A stretch of 64,000 bases of DNA from an uncultured Chthoniobacter sp. (lineage in GTDB: Bacteria > Verrucomicrobiota > Verrucomicrobiia > Chthoniobacterales > Chthoniobacteraceae): NCBI GenBank assembly GCA_903874975.1, contig CAIQUL010000245.1, positions 2,754 to 66,753 on the forward strand, read 5' to 3'. Position 1 is the first letter of the stretch. Each line of letters opens with the position of its first letter. The notes under the pieces are model-generated. The model was given only the letters and a program-made list of their open reading frames with translations. It made no database searches and had not been told where the DNA came from. A program made the translations under genes and the position numbers. This document shows positions 54,944 through 64,000 of the stretch, in pieces.

Positions 54944-56307
54944 GGCCGTTCCAAACCCTCCACGATGAGTTCCATTCGTGCCGAACGAGACCCCTTGATC
55001 AGCACAAGATCCCCAGGCTTCGCCAGTTCGCGCAGAGTCGCAGTTGCTTCCTCCGCAGACGCCGCGCGCACTACCTTTTCGACGCCACCGCGCCACGCCT
55101 CGTCGGCGATCCACTCCGCCTCGGTGCCGACACTGACGAGGCAGTCGATATGTTCGCTCGCCGCAACCTGACCCACGTGGCGATGTCCCCGCTCCGCCTC
55201 AACGCCGAGTTCACCCATCCGACCGAGCACCGCGAACCGCCGACCAGCCGCAGGCATCGACGCCAGTGTGCGCAGGGCCGCACCGACCGAATCCGGGTTG
55301 GCGTTATAGGTGTCGTCAATGATCTGAATCCCCCGGATGACTTTCTGTTCGAGCCGGCCTTTGGAAAGACGCAGTTCGGCCAGCCCAGCCGCACATTCTT
55401 CCAACGAAAGTCCAAAGACCCGACCCGCCGCAACCGCAAGCATCGCATTGCGCACCATGTGCTCACCGGGAACGGCGAGTTCGGCCGGCACGCTGCGCCC
55501 CTCGGCGTGCAAGAGAAACTTCGTGCCGGAAAAATGCGCGCGCAGGTCACTCGCAAAGACCTCACCCTTGCCAATGCCCGCCAGCACCACGTCCGCCTTG
55601 GTCCGCGCCGCGATGGACGCGGAGTACTCGTCGTGCGCGCTGAGGATCAGCGTGCCGCTCGGCTGCAGGGACTCGGCGAGCATTCCTTTCTCCAAGGCAA
55701 TCGCTTCGCGACTACCCATGAACTCGATGTGCGCGGTGCCGACGTTCGTAATCATCGCCACATCCGGCGCGATCATCGCCGCCAGGGGCGCGATTTCGCC
55801 GGGATGATTCATTCCTGTCTCGAACACCCCGACCTGATCATCCGCATGCGCGCGCAACAGCGTGAGCGGGACCCCAATGTGGTTGTTCAAGTTTCCCTCC
55901 GTGCCGGTCACCCGGAAATTTTTGCGAAGCACAGACATCGTCAGATCTTTGGTGCTCGTCTTGCCGTTACTGCCCGTGATCCCGACCGACTGGAGCGCCA
56001 GCGTCCGCCGGTAACAGGCCGCGAGCAACTGCAGGCCGCGCAGGGTGTCGGGCACCAGAACCACGGCAAAGCCCGGCGGGAGATCGTCCGGCAGCTTCTC
56101 GACCATGGCACCCGCGGCACCACGCTTTGCCGCTTCACCAACAAAGGTATGGGCGTCGAATTTTTCCCCGCGCAGCGCCACAAAGAAGTCACCCGCTTTC
56201 AAGGCCCGCGTATCCGTACAGACGACGGAGACTTTGTCCGCCGCAGTTCCGGCCACAAGCCGACCTTCACTCCAGTCGGCTATGGTCTGGAAATCGGTCG
56301 CGTTCAT
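54940..56307 (-). CDS. murF: UDP-N-acetylmuramoyl-tripeptide--D-alanyl-D-alanine ligase
   Basis: Internal start MNATDFQTIADWS. Contains GITGSNGKTSTKDL and DDTYNANPDS. Confidence 0.9.
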   Translation of the reverse strand: MNATDFQTIADWSEGRLVAGTAADKVSVVCTDTRALKAGDFFVALRGEKFDAHTFVGEAAKRGAAGAMVEKLPDDLPPGFAVVLVPDTLRGLQLLAACYRRTLALQSVGITGSNGKTSTKDLTMSVLRKNFRVTGTEGNLNNHIGVPLTLLRAHADDQVGVFETGMNHPGEIAPLAAMIAPDVAMITNVGTAHIEFMGSREAIALEKGMLAESLQPSGTLILSAHDEYSASIAARTKADVVLAGIGKGEVFASDLRAHFSGTKFLLHAEGRSVPAELAVPGEHMVRNAMLAVAAGRVFGLSLEECAAGLAELRLSKGRLEQKVIRGIQIIDDTYNANPDSVGAALRTLASMPAAGRRFAVLGRMGELGVEAERGHRHVGQVAASEHIDCLVSVGTEAEWIADEAWRGGVEKVVRAASAEEATATLRELAKPGDLVLIKGSRSARMELIVEGLERP

Positions 56308-56308
56308 T

Positions 56309-57790
56309 TTAATCGAGAGGCTCCACGCGTTTGGCTTCGAGGGCCTGACGAGCCACAGCGACGTCGTCGAAGGGTTCCGTGTGATCGGCAAATTCCTGAT
56401 AGGTCTCGTGACCTTTTCCCGCGATTAAAACGATGTCGCGTGGAGCCGCCATCGCGATGGCTTTAAAGATGGCTTCCTTGCGATCAGCAATGACCTCGTA
56501 GTTGCCGCGAGTCATGCCAGGTTTTATATCGTCAATAATAGCCAGCGGATCTTCCTGCCGGGGATTGTCGGAAGTGACGATGGAAAAGTCGGCGTGCAGG
56601 TCCACCACCGCACCCATCCTCGGGCGCTTCGTTTTATCCCGGCTCCCGCCGCAACCAAAGACCACGATGAGACGCGCGGGATTCAGTTCGCGACACGTCT
56701 TAATGACATTGAGCAAGGCATCGTCCGTGTGGGCGTAGTCAACGAACACACGGAAATTGCGCTGTGCCGGCACGGCCTCCAGACGACCGGGCACGGCGGG
56801 CGCAGTGGCCAGCGCCAGCACCGCACTCCGCACCTCCACGCCAAGCGCATGCGCACCGGCGATCGCGGCCAGCGAGTTATAGACATTAAACTGCCCGATC
56901 TGTGGCAACCGCACGAGGTAGCTCTTCCCGCCAGCATCCAGTTGGTAGCTTGTTCCGTTAAAGTCGATTCGCACGTTACTCGCGCGAAAATCCGCCCGCG
57001 CGCCGACCCCGTAAGTAACAACAGGAACATCCTTCCCAATGCGTCCCGCGAGTTGCGCCCCATGTCGGTCGTCGATGTTAATTACCGCTTTACCCTTTTT
57101 GTTCGGTTGTCCCACGAGTCCCGTAAAGAGGCTCGCTTTCGCCTCGAAATACTGCTCCAGGGTCTTGTGATAGTCGAGATGGTCCTGTGTCAGGTTTGTA
57201 AAAATCGCCACGTCGAACTCCACCCCGCGAACACGCGCCTGCATCAAGGCGTGGGAGGAAACTTCCATGGCCACGGCCTTGCAGCCAGCGGAGCGCATCT
57301 GCCAGAGAAGCTCCTGCAATTCGAGCGACTCCGGTGTGGTGCGGGCCGCTGGCAGAATCCGATCCCCGACCTCGTAGCGAACCGTGCCGATGAGGCCGCA
57401 GCGATGCATCGTCACCTCGCACACGTGCTTCAGAAGAAATGTCGTTGTCGTCTTGCCATTGGTGCCAGTGACACCTGCGACCTTCAAAGCGCGGGCTGGA
57501 TGCTGGTAAAATGTGGCAGCCAGATCCGCGAGGGCGAACCGCGCATCCGCGACGGTGACATTGGTTGCCCGCGTCCGAAACTCCGCGGTCTCGCTCACCA
57601 CGGCCTCCGCCCCGGCCGCGATGGCCTGCTCCACGAACTGCGAACCATCCACCTTCGCTCCGGAGAGGGCGACGAATATCGTGCCCGACTTCACCCTCCG
57701 CGAGTCATAGGCGAGCCCCGCGATCTCGCGGTCTACAGGCCCCTCGACCTTGAGTGTGGCAATTTTGGCAAGAAGCGCTTCAAGTTTCAT
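56309..57790 (-). CDS. murE: UDP-N-acetylmuramoyl-L-alanyl-D-glutamate--2,6-diaminopimelate ligase
   Basis: Contains GVTGTNGKTTTTFLL, VDYAHTDDAL and GCGGSRDKTKRP. Confidence 0.9.
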   Translation of the reverse strand: MKLEALLAKIATLKVEGPVDREIAGLAYDSRRVKSGTIFVALSGAKVDGSQFVEQAIAAGAEAVVSETAEFRTRATNVTVADARFALADLAATFYQHPARALKVAGVTGTNGKTTTTFLLKHVCEVTMHRCGLIGTVRYEVGDRILPAARTTPESLELQELLWQMRSAGCKAVAMEVSSHALMQARVRGVEFDVAIFTNLTQDHLDYHKTLEQYFEAKASLFTGLVGQPNKKGKAVINIDDRHGAQLAGRIGKDVPVVTYGVGARADFRASNVRIDFNGTSYQLDAGGKSYLVRLPQIGQFNVYNSLAAIAGAHALGVEVRSAVLALATAPAVPGRLEAVPAQRNFRVFVDYAHTDDALLNVIKTCRELNPARLIVVFGCGGSRDKTKRPRMGAVVDLHADFSIVTSDNPRQEDPLAIIDDIKPGMTRGNYEVIADRKEAIFKAIAMAAPRDIVLIAGKGHETYQEFADHTEPFDDVAVARQALEAKRVEPLD

Positions 57791-59601
57791 GGTCTGCGAA
57801 AATCCCTCCCGACTTTTTCCACTTTGGCAACGATCATGGGCGATTTGATCGACTCAGTCGGAGCCAATCCCAGACTGTGCGCCGCCCTTTCGGAGATGCG
57901 CGAGAACACCGGTGCCGCGACCAATCCACCGACAGCTTTGTGACGCGTCTCCCGCGGTTCATCAACCAGAACTAACAGCGCGAACGCCGGAGCCTCGGCC
58001 GGCATAAATCCGACAAACGAACACACGCTTTTGTCGTTCACGTACCGTCCATTTTCCAGCTTTTGTGCTGTCCCGGTCTTGCCGGCCACGACAAAGCCAG
58101 GCACTTGGGCAGCCTTGGCCGTTCCCTTCGGACTGGTTACTTCGATCAGCGCTTCGGTGACCAGTCGCGCAACTTGGGCGGACACTACCTGTCGCACCAA
58201 GAGCGGTGGGAATGACTCCTTCACATTTCCCGACTCATCGGTTACGTCCTGAACAATCTGCGGGGTCATTAACTTCCCACCATTGGCAATCGCACTGATC
58301 GCAGTCACGATTTGCATCGGCGTGGCTGCGACTTCGTGACCCATCGGCATCCGCGTGATGGAAATCGGTGTCCAATCGCTGATCGGATGAATCTCACCTT
58401 TGATCTCACCCGGAAGGGCAACCCCGGTTCGTTGACCGAATCCAAAGCCGTAAATGTAATCGGAGAACTTCTGTTCCCCCAATTTGGAAGCAAGTTTCGC
58501 CACGCCAATATTGCTGGAGTGAACCAAAACGTTTTTGACTGTGAGAGAGGCATAGGCATGGTGATCATGAAGTTTGCACCAAGACCAATAGCCATTTTCA
58601 CATGGAACCGGAGTCGTCAGCGATACGATTCGCTCGTTGAGGGCGGCCGCCATCGTGACAATCTTAAACGTTGAGCCCGGTTCGACCTGAGCTGCTATGG
58701 CAAGGTTAAGACGGACGGATTCCTCAACGCCTTTTTGTTTGTTAGGATTGAAATTGGGACGGTTGGCCATGGCGAGAATGCCACCCGTCTTCGGATCCAT
58801 CATGATGACGGTTGCGCTCTTGGGGCGGTATCTTGCGACCACCGAATTAAGTTCCTCCTCCACGATCGTCTGGAGTCTCATGTTGATCGTCAGGCGCACA
58901 TTGCCCCCATTGCTGGCGGCGCGTTCCTCACCCCGGTAACTAACGATCTCCACCCCAGTGCGCGTGCGTTCAATATCACGAAAGCCGTTGGTTCCCTGAA
59001 GATACCGGTTGAACGATCGTTCGATACCGTCCATCCCAAAATTCGCGCTGTTCACGTAGCCCAAAACGTGGCACAGGAGCTCTCCATTCGGCCAGATGCG
59101 CCGTGCCGATTGTTCGAATGCCACCCCGCGAATTTGGTTCCAGTCACGGCGGTCACAATTTAGTGCAGTCAGCTTCGCTAAAATCCCGGAGGCTACCGTC
59201 TCATTCACATTTTTCTGGACCACCACATACCGCGAACGGGTCATTTTCTTGAGCTTCGGGTCATAACTCTCTTTGACAAACTTCGCGTGCAGTTCGGCCT
59301 TATCCAGATTGAGCGCGTCCGCCAGCAAGCCAGCCAGCAGTTCCGGCTCTTTCACGTTCGAGGCATCGACAATCACGTCCTTGACCGGCTCATTACTCGC
59401 CAGCACTTGGTCCGTCGAGTCGAGTATTGACCCACGTGAACTCGTCAGAATCTTGCGTGTCTCATGCTTGCGACGGCCGAGCTCCAGATAATGCTCGTGC
59501 TGTGAAACCTGCACGTACAAGAGCCTGGCGGACAACCCGGTGAAGCAGACCGCCAAAGTGATGCCGGTCACGAGTATGCGCTTTCGAGTTGCGCGGTTCA
59601 T
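57787..59601 (-). CDS. ftsI: penicillin-binding protein 3-type transpeptidase FtsI
   Basis: Has an N-terminal TM, a PBP dimerisation region, and the SxxK (GSTFK), SxN (HSSN) and KTG (GKTGTA) motifs. Confidence 0.9.
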   Translation of the reverse strand: MNRATRKRILVTGITLAVCFTGLSARLLYVQVSQHEHYLELGRRKHETRKILTSSRGSILDSTDQVLASNEPVKDVIVDASNVKEPELLAGLLADALNLDKAELHAKFVKESYDPKLKKMTRSRYVVVQKNVNETVASGILAKLTALNCDRRDWNQIRGVAFEQSARRIWPNGELLCHVLGYVNSANFGMDGIERSFNRYLQGTNGFRDIERTRTGVEIVSYRGEERAASNGGNVRLTINMRLQTIVEEELNSVVARYRPKSATVIMMDPKTGGILAMANRPNFNPNKQKGVEESVRLNLAIAAQVEPGSTFKIVTMAAALNERIVSLTTPVPCENGYWSWCKLHDHHAYASLTVKNVLVHSSNIGVAKLASKLGEQKFSDYIYGFGFGQRTGVALPGEIKGEIHPISDWTPISITRMPMGHEVAATPMQIVTAISAIANGGKLMTPQIVQDVTDESGNVKESFPPLLVRQVVSAQVARLVTEALIEVTSPKGTAKAAQVPGFVVAGKTGTAQKLENGRYVNDKSVCSFVGFMPAEAPAFALLVLVDEPRETRHKAVGGLVAAPVFSRISERAAHSLGLAPTESIKSPMIVAKVEKVGRDFRRP

Positions 59602-59990
59602 TTGCGTTTCACTTCATTCACCACCGTCCGCAGGTCTCCCCTTCCCGGCTGCTGCGGAAGGGCCATCTTCACGACCGTTGCGAGGTGCTGCTGGTCGAGA
59701 ACGCCGATGCGTTCGAGATTGAATTTCTTAAACTTACCCTTCTTCAAGTCCGTCTCGAGCTGCGCGGCGGAGCTGAGAATTTCGATGCTGGTTCTGAATC
59801 CCTCATTGCGGTTGCGCAGTTTAACTAAGTCAACCTCGCGCTCTTTGATCTTCTCTCCGGTGGCGTTCACATCATGCAGACACCAGAGGTAACCGAGGCC
59901 AGCCCCGCAGACCGTGATGCAAATCATCCCGATGATCAGAAACCTCACGACCGGTATTGTATTGGCGTAGCGCCGGCGGTTATCCGCCAT
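59598..59990 (-). CDS. FtsL-like cell division protein
   Basis: Small bitopic protein (TM: VVRFLIIGMICITVCGAGLGYLW) followed by a coiled-coil-like segment. Lies between rsmH and ftsI. Confidence 0.7.
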   Translation of the reverse strand: MADNRRRYANTIPVVRFLIIGMICITVCGAGLGYLWCLHDVNATGEKIKEREVDLVKLRNRNEGFRTSIEILSSAAQLETDLKKGKFKKFNLERIGVLDQQHLATVVKMALPQQPGRGDLRTVVNEVKRK

Positions 59991-60933
59991 GGGACATCCT
60001 TTCAACCACGCGGAGCTTGGCGCTGCGCGACCGTGGGTTGGCCCGCTGCTCGGCTTCGCTGGCCGTGATCGGCTTCCGCGTCACGGCGTGAAATGCAAAA
60101 TCGGGATTGGGCCGCGGCGCGGGCCACTCTGGGCGATCGAGAAACTCGACGGTCCGCGCCTTGAAAAACTGCTTCACGATGCGGTCTTCGAGGCTGTGGA
60201 AAGTGATCACGGCGAGTCGTGCCCCAGGTGCAAGCAAGGCGGATATTTCCGCAAGCCCCGCGGCCAATACGTCCAGTTCGCGGTTGACCGCGATGCGCAG
60301 CGCTTGGAAAACGCGCGTCGCCGGGTGGGTGGGTCCGCGCCGGGGCACCACCGTTTCCACGGCCTCCGCGAGCTGACGCGTGGTGGTGAACGGACTGACC
60401 ATGCGGTCGCGCACGAGGCGAGCGGCGATTTTTCGCGCCGCGGGTTCCTCGCCGAAATTGCGGAAAATGCGTTCCATCTGCTCGCCCGACATCGTGTTCA
60501 CGAGGTCGGCGGCGCAGATCGGCCCGTCGGGATCCAGACGCATGTCCAGCGGTCCCTCGCGCATGAAGCTGAAGCCGCGCTCCGGCGTGTCGAGTTGGTG
60601 CGAGGAAACCCCGAGGTCGAGCAGCGCGCCGTCGATCTGCCCAACCCCCAGCCCGCCGAGCAGCACGCGGATGTCCGCGAAATTACCCCGCACCGCACGA
60701 AAATTTTCCCCTCCGGAACCCAGCCGGGCCTCGGCAAAGGCGAGCGCCGCGGGATCCTGGTCGAGCCCGATGACGCGCGCGCCTGCCGCCAGCAACGCCG
60801 CCGTATGGCCGCCACCGCCGAGCGTGCCATCAACGATGATCCGCCCCGGTGCTGGCGCCAACGCTTTCACGACCTCTGCCAGCATCACTGCTTCGTGGTA
60901 TTCGTGCCCGCGCGGTTTTGAGAATTTTGTCAT
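59980..60933 (-). CDS. rsmH: 16S rRNA (cytosine1402-N4)-methyltransferase
   Basis: Internal start MTKFSKPRGHEYHEAVMLAEVV. Contains DGTLGGGGHT, LLDLGVSSHQLD, GPLDMR and VITFHSLEDRIVK. Confidence 0.9.
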   Translation of the reverse strand: MTKFSKPRGHEYHEAVMLAEVVKALAPAPGRIIVDGTLGGGGHTAALLAAGARVIGLDQDPAALAFAEARLGSGGENFRAVRGNFADIRVLLGGLGVGQIDGALLDLGVSSHQLDTPERGFSFMREGPLDMRLDPDGPICAADLVNTMSGEQMERIFRNFGEEPAARKIAARLVRDRMVSPFTTTRQLAEAVETVVPRRGPTHPATRVFQALRIAVNRELDVLAAGLAEISALLAPGARLAVITFHSLEDRIVKQFFKARTVEFLDRPEWPAPRPNPDFAFHAVTRKPITASEAEQRANPRSRSAKLRVVERMSHGG

Positions 60934-60974
60934 GGTATCCCCCGCGCGTTGGTTGAAGGTCTCCGCAACCGCGA

Positions 60975-61439
60975 TCATATGCCGTGCCTCCGCAAACCCT
61001 TCGTCCGCTGGATCTCGTTTTCGGGATTCGTTGCGGCAAAGTCCGCGACGTTCCAAATGTTGAACGAATCGACTGAGCCAGAGAGCATGACTTCGCCCGC
61101 GATGCCGAGCCGCTGGCAAAACTCATCGGGAATGGAAATGCGCCCCCCCTTGTCGAGCGTGACCTGCCGGAGATTGCGGCCAAACGTGTGGAGGAACTCC
61201 GCACGATCCTCAGGGGCCATGGCATCCGCCCCTTTTTTGATCCGCATAACCTCACACCGGGGCATCACCGCGATGCAGTTTTCGAGGGTCCTGCGGATCA
61301 TGAACAACTCCACCTCCTCCCCAAACCGCCACGCCGACGGAATGGTGATCCGGTTTTTCCCCTCGATCTTATGGCGGAACTCCCCGCTGAAGACGGGACC
61401 TTGGGAGTCCTCTAAGGAGTTCTGGATGGAGTTCGACAT
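60975..61439 (-). CDS. mraZ: division/cell wall cluster transcriptional regulator MraZ
   Basis: Two SpoVT/AbrB-like halves (FSGEFRHKIEGKNRITIPSAWRF and VTLDKGGRISIPDEFCQRLGI). Start set at MSNSIQ, because the upstream in-frame extension is occupied by TGGG-type operator repeats. Confidence 0.85.
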   Translation of the reverse strand: MSNSIQNSLEDSQGPVFSGEFRHKIEGKNRITIPSAWRFGEEVELFMIRRTLENCIAVMPRCEVMRIKKGADAMAPEDRAEFLHTFGRNLRQVTLDKGGRISIPDEFCQRLGIAGEVMLSGSVDSFNIWNVADFAATNPENEIQRTKGLRRHGI

Positions 61440-61460
61440 GAAAAGATTTGGCCCGAGCTG

Positions 61461-61500
61461 AAAACCCGATTCACCCCGAACAGGCCCAATCAGTCCCAAA
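61461..61500 (-). promoter_or_regulatory. four direct (T/C)GGG repeats at exact 10-bp spacing upstream of mraZ (candidate MraZ operator)
   Basis: The minus strand reads TTTGGGACTG ATTGGGCCTG TTCGGGGTGA ATCGGGTTTT, ending 21 nt before the mraZ ATG. A TTGACT hexamer (61513-61518) preceded by an A-tract lies just upstream. E. coli MraZ is known to bind TGGGN direct repeats with 5-nt spacers. Confidence 0.55.
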
Positions 61501-61699
61501 TTCCCCCGAGCGAGTCAAAACTTTTTTTGAAAATCTTTTGCACCCTGTTTGGCCGACACGCGCCTAGCCTAGGAACGGGGTCAGGAGCACCTCGATCGAA
61601 TGCGAGCCTGTTGAAATACGCTGCTTCTCCTACTCTTTGTCTTGCTCCTGCTCTTGCTCCCGGCGCTTTCACCTCTGCCGTAGAGCAAGAGCATGAGCA

Positions 61700-62521
61700 G
61701 GAGAAAGAGGTCAGGACGGCGCGCCGCAGGTATTTCGACAGGCTCTTAGCCCGATCTTCGCTACTCACGAGGCGCCGCATTGGCTGTTCTCTGAAAACCA
61801 AGGCGTCGAGCCGCGCTTTGGGGGCTGGGTCTGCCTCACAGGGGCGCGGATATTTTACATCGCCGTGATTTTTGGAGGCTTGCTCGACTTGGGTAATTAC
61901 GGAGATACATCTGCCAGAGCTTTGCGGGGTCGGGGTCGGTGAGGTTACTGCGCAAAAGGTAGCGGCCTTCGCGGCGGCGGGCGGTGCGCAGGCGCTCTTG
62001 GTCGAGGGTGAAGGTAAAGTCCACGCGCCCGCGCTGCCTTTGGGCTCGCACTCAAAGTAAGTGCTCGTCAGGTCATAAAGGAACACGTCGAAACTCGCGC
62101 CGAAGAGATCTTTCCAGCGCGCTTGCAGATGGCTGAAGAGCGCGGCCTTGTGCGCGAGGAGCTTGTCGAGCACGCGGTAAAGGTTGTCTTTGGCGGCGAG
62201 GGGGAAGTCTTCTTCGAGTAAGTCAGCCATCGCCGATTGCTCGAACCAGAGCCGGTGCAGCCGCAATTCGCTGCCTGGGTCGATCAGCCGGTAAGCGCAC
62301 AAAGTAACCAGCGTATGATATCATGAGGTGCCCTCGCGACTATCGGGCAGGAGCGACCTCCAGAACTCATCGAGCTGGAGCTGCGCCCACAACTCCGTGA
62401 ACAACCAGCAGGCACCCCACTGCCGAGGACGCTCCAGGCGCATGGCCTCGAGGCGTATCTGCACGCCGAAGCCCGGCGCGTCGTTGAGTTCGCTCAGGTA
62501 AAGGATGTGCCGCTGCACGAC
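61700..62521 (-). mobile_element. degraded IS1634-like transposase gene (N-terminal truncation, in-frame TGA, internal deletion, frameshift)
   Basis: Contains ..RHILYLSELND..LERPRQWGACWLFTELWAQLQLDEFWRSLLPDSREGTS*(TGA where W is expected)YHTLVTLCAYRLIDPGSELRLHRLWFEQSAMADLLEEDF..LYDLTSTYFE. It then jumps to C-terminal motifs in two frames (RREGRYLLRSNLTD..KLWQMYL / ITQVEQASKN). Confidence 0.65.
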
Positions 62522-62539
62522 GCGCGCGCCGAGAGGCAT

Positions 62540-63203
62540 GGCTCCGCCAAAGGCCCCGAGCCCAAGCCCCCGCGCGACACGCCCGAGCCCGACGAGCAGA
62601 TCAATCTGAGCGACCCCGACGCGCGCCTCATGCGCAAAAGCAAACGCGAGGGCTATACCCAAAGCGACAACGCCCAGGCCATCGTCGATGCCGACGGCAG
62701 CCAACTCATCGTCGGCCAGCGCGTGAGCATCTGCGCCGCCGCCGTGGGCGAGACCGCAGCCGACCGCGCCGCCATTCCCCCGAGCCTCGGCACGCCCACC
62801 GCCGCCCTGGTCGATTGCGGCTACGCCGACAAAGCCACCATCGAGCGCCTCGGTCGCGACCGCTCCGGACTTGATCTCTACATCAGCGTCCACCGCGAAG
62901 ATGCCCACGCCGAACGGCGCTACGACTGGCGTCCGTTGGACAAAATCAAAGCCCCACAAACTCCCACCGACCCCATCCTCATCGCCATGGCCGAAAAGTT
63001 GCGGACCCCCGAAAGGCAAAGCCCGCTACCGGCGGCGGGCCTGCACCGTCGAGCCCGTCTTCGGCATCATCAAAAGCGCGCGCGGCTTTCGGCAGTTTTT
63101 GCTGCGGGGCTTAAAGAAAGTCAGCGGCGAATGGAACCTCATCTGCCTGGCCTACAACCTCAAACGACTCCACACCCTGCGGCCGACGGCGATGACGGCT
63201 TAA
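62540..63203 (+). mobile_element. 5'-truncated, frameshifted IS1182/IS5-like transposase gene fragment
   Basis: Contains INLSDPDARLMRKSKREGYTQSDNAQAIVDADGSQLIVGQRV...DCGYAD...DLYISV. After a +1 shift at about 63012-63014 it continues GKARYRRRACTVEPVFGIIKSARGFRQFLLRGLKKVSGEWNLICLAYNLKRLH. It abuts the truncated end of the IS1634-like remnant on the opposite strand. Confidence 0.65.
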
Positions 63204-63508
63204 ACCGAGCAAAACCGGAGGCCGCCTTCGGAAAAAACGCCCTCCTCCCCCGAACGCCGCCCGTTTTTCAACCCGCCTCGCGCATTTTTTGCCAGCGATC
63301 CGCCGCGCCACTGCGCCGCCCGCGCCGCGCTGGCGAGGCTCGTCGCCAACACGATAAACTCAGTCCGACAGGCTCTTAGGGCGAAAAAGCTGTTGCCGCA
63401 GGCCAGTTCGGGGGTAATTGCTGCGCTCGAGCCCCTCACTCCCCGACGCCCGTCCGCGCTCTATCCGTCCCCGGTGCGGCGGGCGCGAAAGCAATTTCCT
63501 GGCAATCG

Positions 63509-64000
63509 CTACGCCACGCTCTGCGCGGGGCCGCGGGCAGGCTTGTTCGCGGCGAGGGCGGCGAGGACTTTCTCGACGGCCGCCTCGGCGGTGAGGCCGT
63601 GCTTTTTACGCAGAATCTCGACGGCACCGTGCTCAATGAACTGGTCAGGCCAGCCGACGCGGACGACGGGAGTTTTGATACCGGCGTCGTTGAGGTGCTC
63701 GATGATCGCGCAGCCGAAACCGTTGTGCAGGACGTGGTCTTCGAGGGTGCAGATGACATCCACGCTGCGGGCGAAAAATTCGAGGGTGCCGGTGTCGAGC
63801 GGTTTGATCCAGCGGGGGTTGATGACGGCGGCGGAGATGCCCTGGGCTTCGAGCTGCGCGGCGGCCTGCTCGGCCATCTGGCACATGCCACCGAGGCCGA
63901 TGAAGGCGACGCGGGTGCCGTGTTTGACGACTTCGGCTTTGCCGATTTCGAGGAGTTTCGGCTGGTCTTTGGGCACGACACCGGTGCCGACGCCGCGCGG
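63509..64000 (-). CDS. dxs: 1-deoxy-D-xylulose-5-phosphate synthase, C-terminal part (gene continues past the right edge)
   Basis: The transketolase C-terminal domain pattern is present (IGKAEVVKHGTRVAFIGLGGMCQMAEQAAAQLEAQGISAAVINPRWIKPLD...VRVGWPDQFIEHG). The frame stays open upstream to position 64000. Confidence 0.85.
   Translation of the reverse strand, partial: PRGVGTGVVPKDQPKLLEIGKAEVVKHGTRVAFIGLGGMCQMAEQAAAQLEAQGISAAVINPRWIKPLDTGTLEFFARSVDVICTLEDHVLHNGFGCAIIEHLNDAGIKTPVVRVGWPDQFIEHGAVEILRKKHGLTAEAAVEKVLAALAANKPARGPAQSVA

Noticed and set aside
61649-61693. 11-bp inverted repeat TGCTCTTGCTC / GAGCAAGAGCA between the mraZ promoter and the IS remnant, considered as an IS terminal structure or terminator.
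   Set aside because: It is a single modest stem with a 23-nt loop in low-complexity CT/GA-rich DNA, and it cannot be tied to either IS family end without reference sequences. It is noted only as part of the IS scar.
61736-63379. Shared 14-mer CGACAGGCTCTTAG at 61736-61749 and 63366-63379, considered as possible IS terminal repeats.
   Set aside because: The flanking sequences show no further similarity, and both copies are in the same orientation. Rough arithmetic gives on the order of ten chance 14-mer matches for a 64-kb window compared with itself on both strands.

Overview
The window is visibly GC-rich (rough estimate 60-65%, not computed). It looks like chromosomal DNA from a PVC-superphylum bacterium, most consistent with Verrucomicrobia/Opitutaceae. 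The basis is PEP-CTERM anchors, an H-X9-DG prepilin-like protein, DUF1501 plus DUF1549/DUF1553 (PSCyt) genes, and no Shine-Dalgarno motifs upstream of the start codons I inspected. Layout, left to right: (1) 0.3-8.6 kb, minus strand: a zinc-limitation-type island with a Fur-family regulator, a prepilin-like protein, two PEP-CTERM surface proteins carrying an HxH module, a ZnuA-like binding protein interrupted by an in-frame TAG, two COG0523 GTPases and a WD40 protein. (2) 8.6-10.7 kb: manA, a DUF2064 gene and an adenylate cyclase stump. (3) 10.9-15.9 kb: one 1655-aa secreted multidomain protein bracketed by a perfect 73-bp direct repeat. (4) 16-27.5 kb: accessory genes, namely an orphan response regulator fused to an MBL fold, a sulfatase remnant, an HExxH protein, tandem DUF1501 paralogs, a PIN remnant, a DUF1549/DUF1553 gene and a frameshifted gene fragment. 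(5) tRNA-Ser(CGA) at 27.8 kb. (6) 28-42.5 kb: housekeeping genes (metH, apt, hemA, hemC) and an ECF sigma / anti-sigma-VWA pair. (7) 42.5-61.5 kb: a complete dcw cell-division and peptidoglycan cluster (mraZ to ftsZ) with a murC-murB fusion, an embedded LysM gene and MraZ-box-like repeats. (8) 61.5-63.4 kb: nested IS transposase remnants. (9) the 3' end of dxs. I found no CRISPR array, rRNA, intact mobile element or recognisable complete defence system. The most unusual signals are the zinc island architecture, two related AT-rich heptanucleotide microsatellites, the 73-bp repeat pair, a large nested palindromic element at 29.2 kb, a GAATGACGA repeat family that also sits inside a sigma factor gene, and a high density of disrupted genes. 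All family assignments come from motif recognition by eye, not from database searches.
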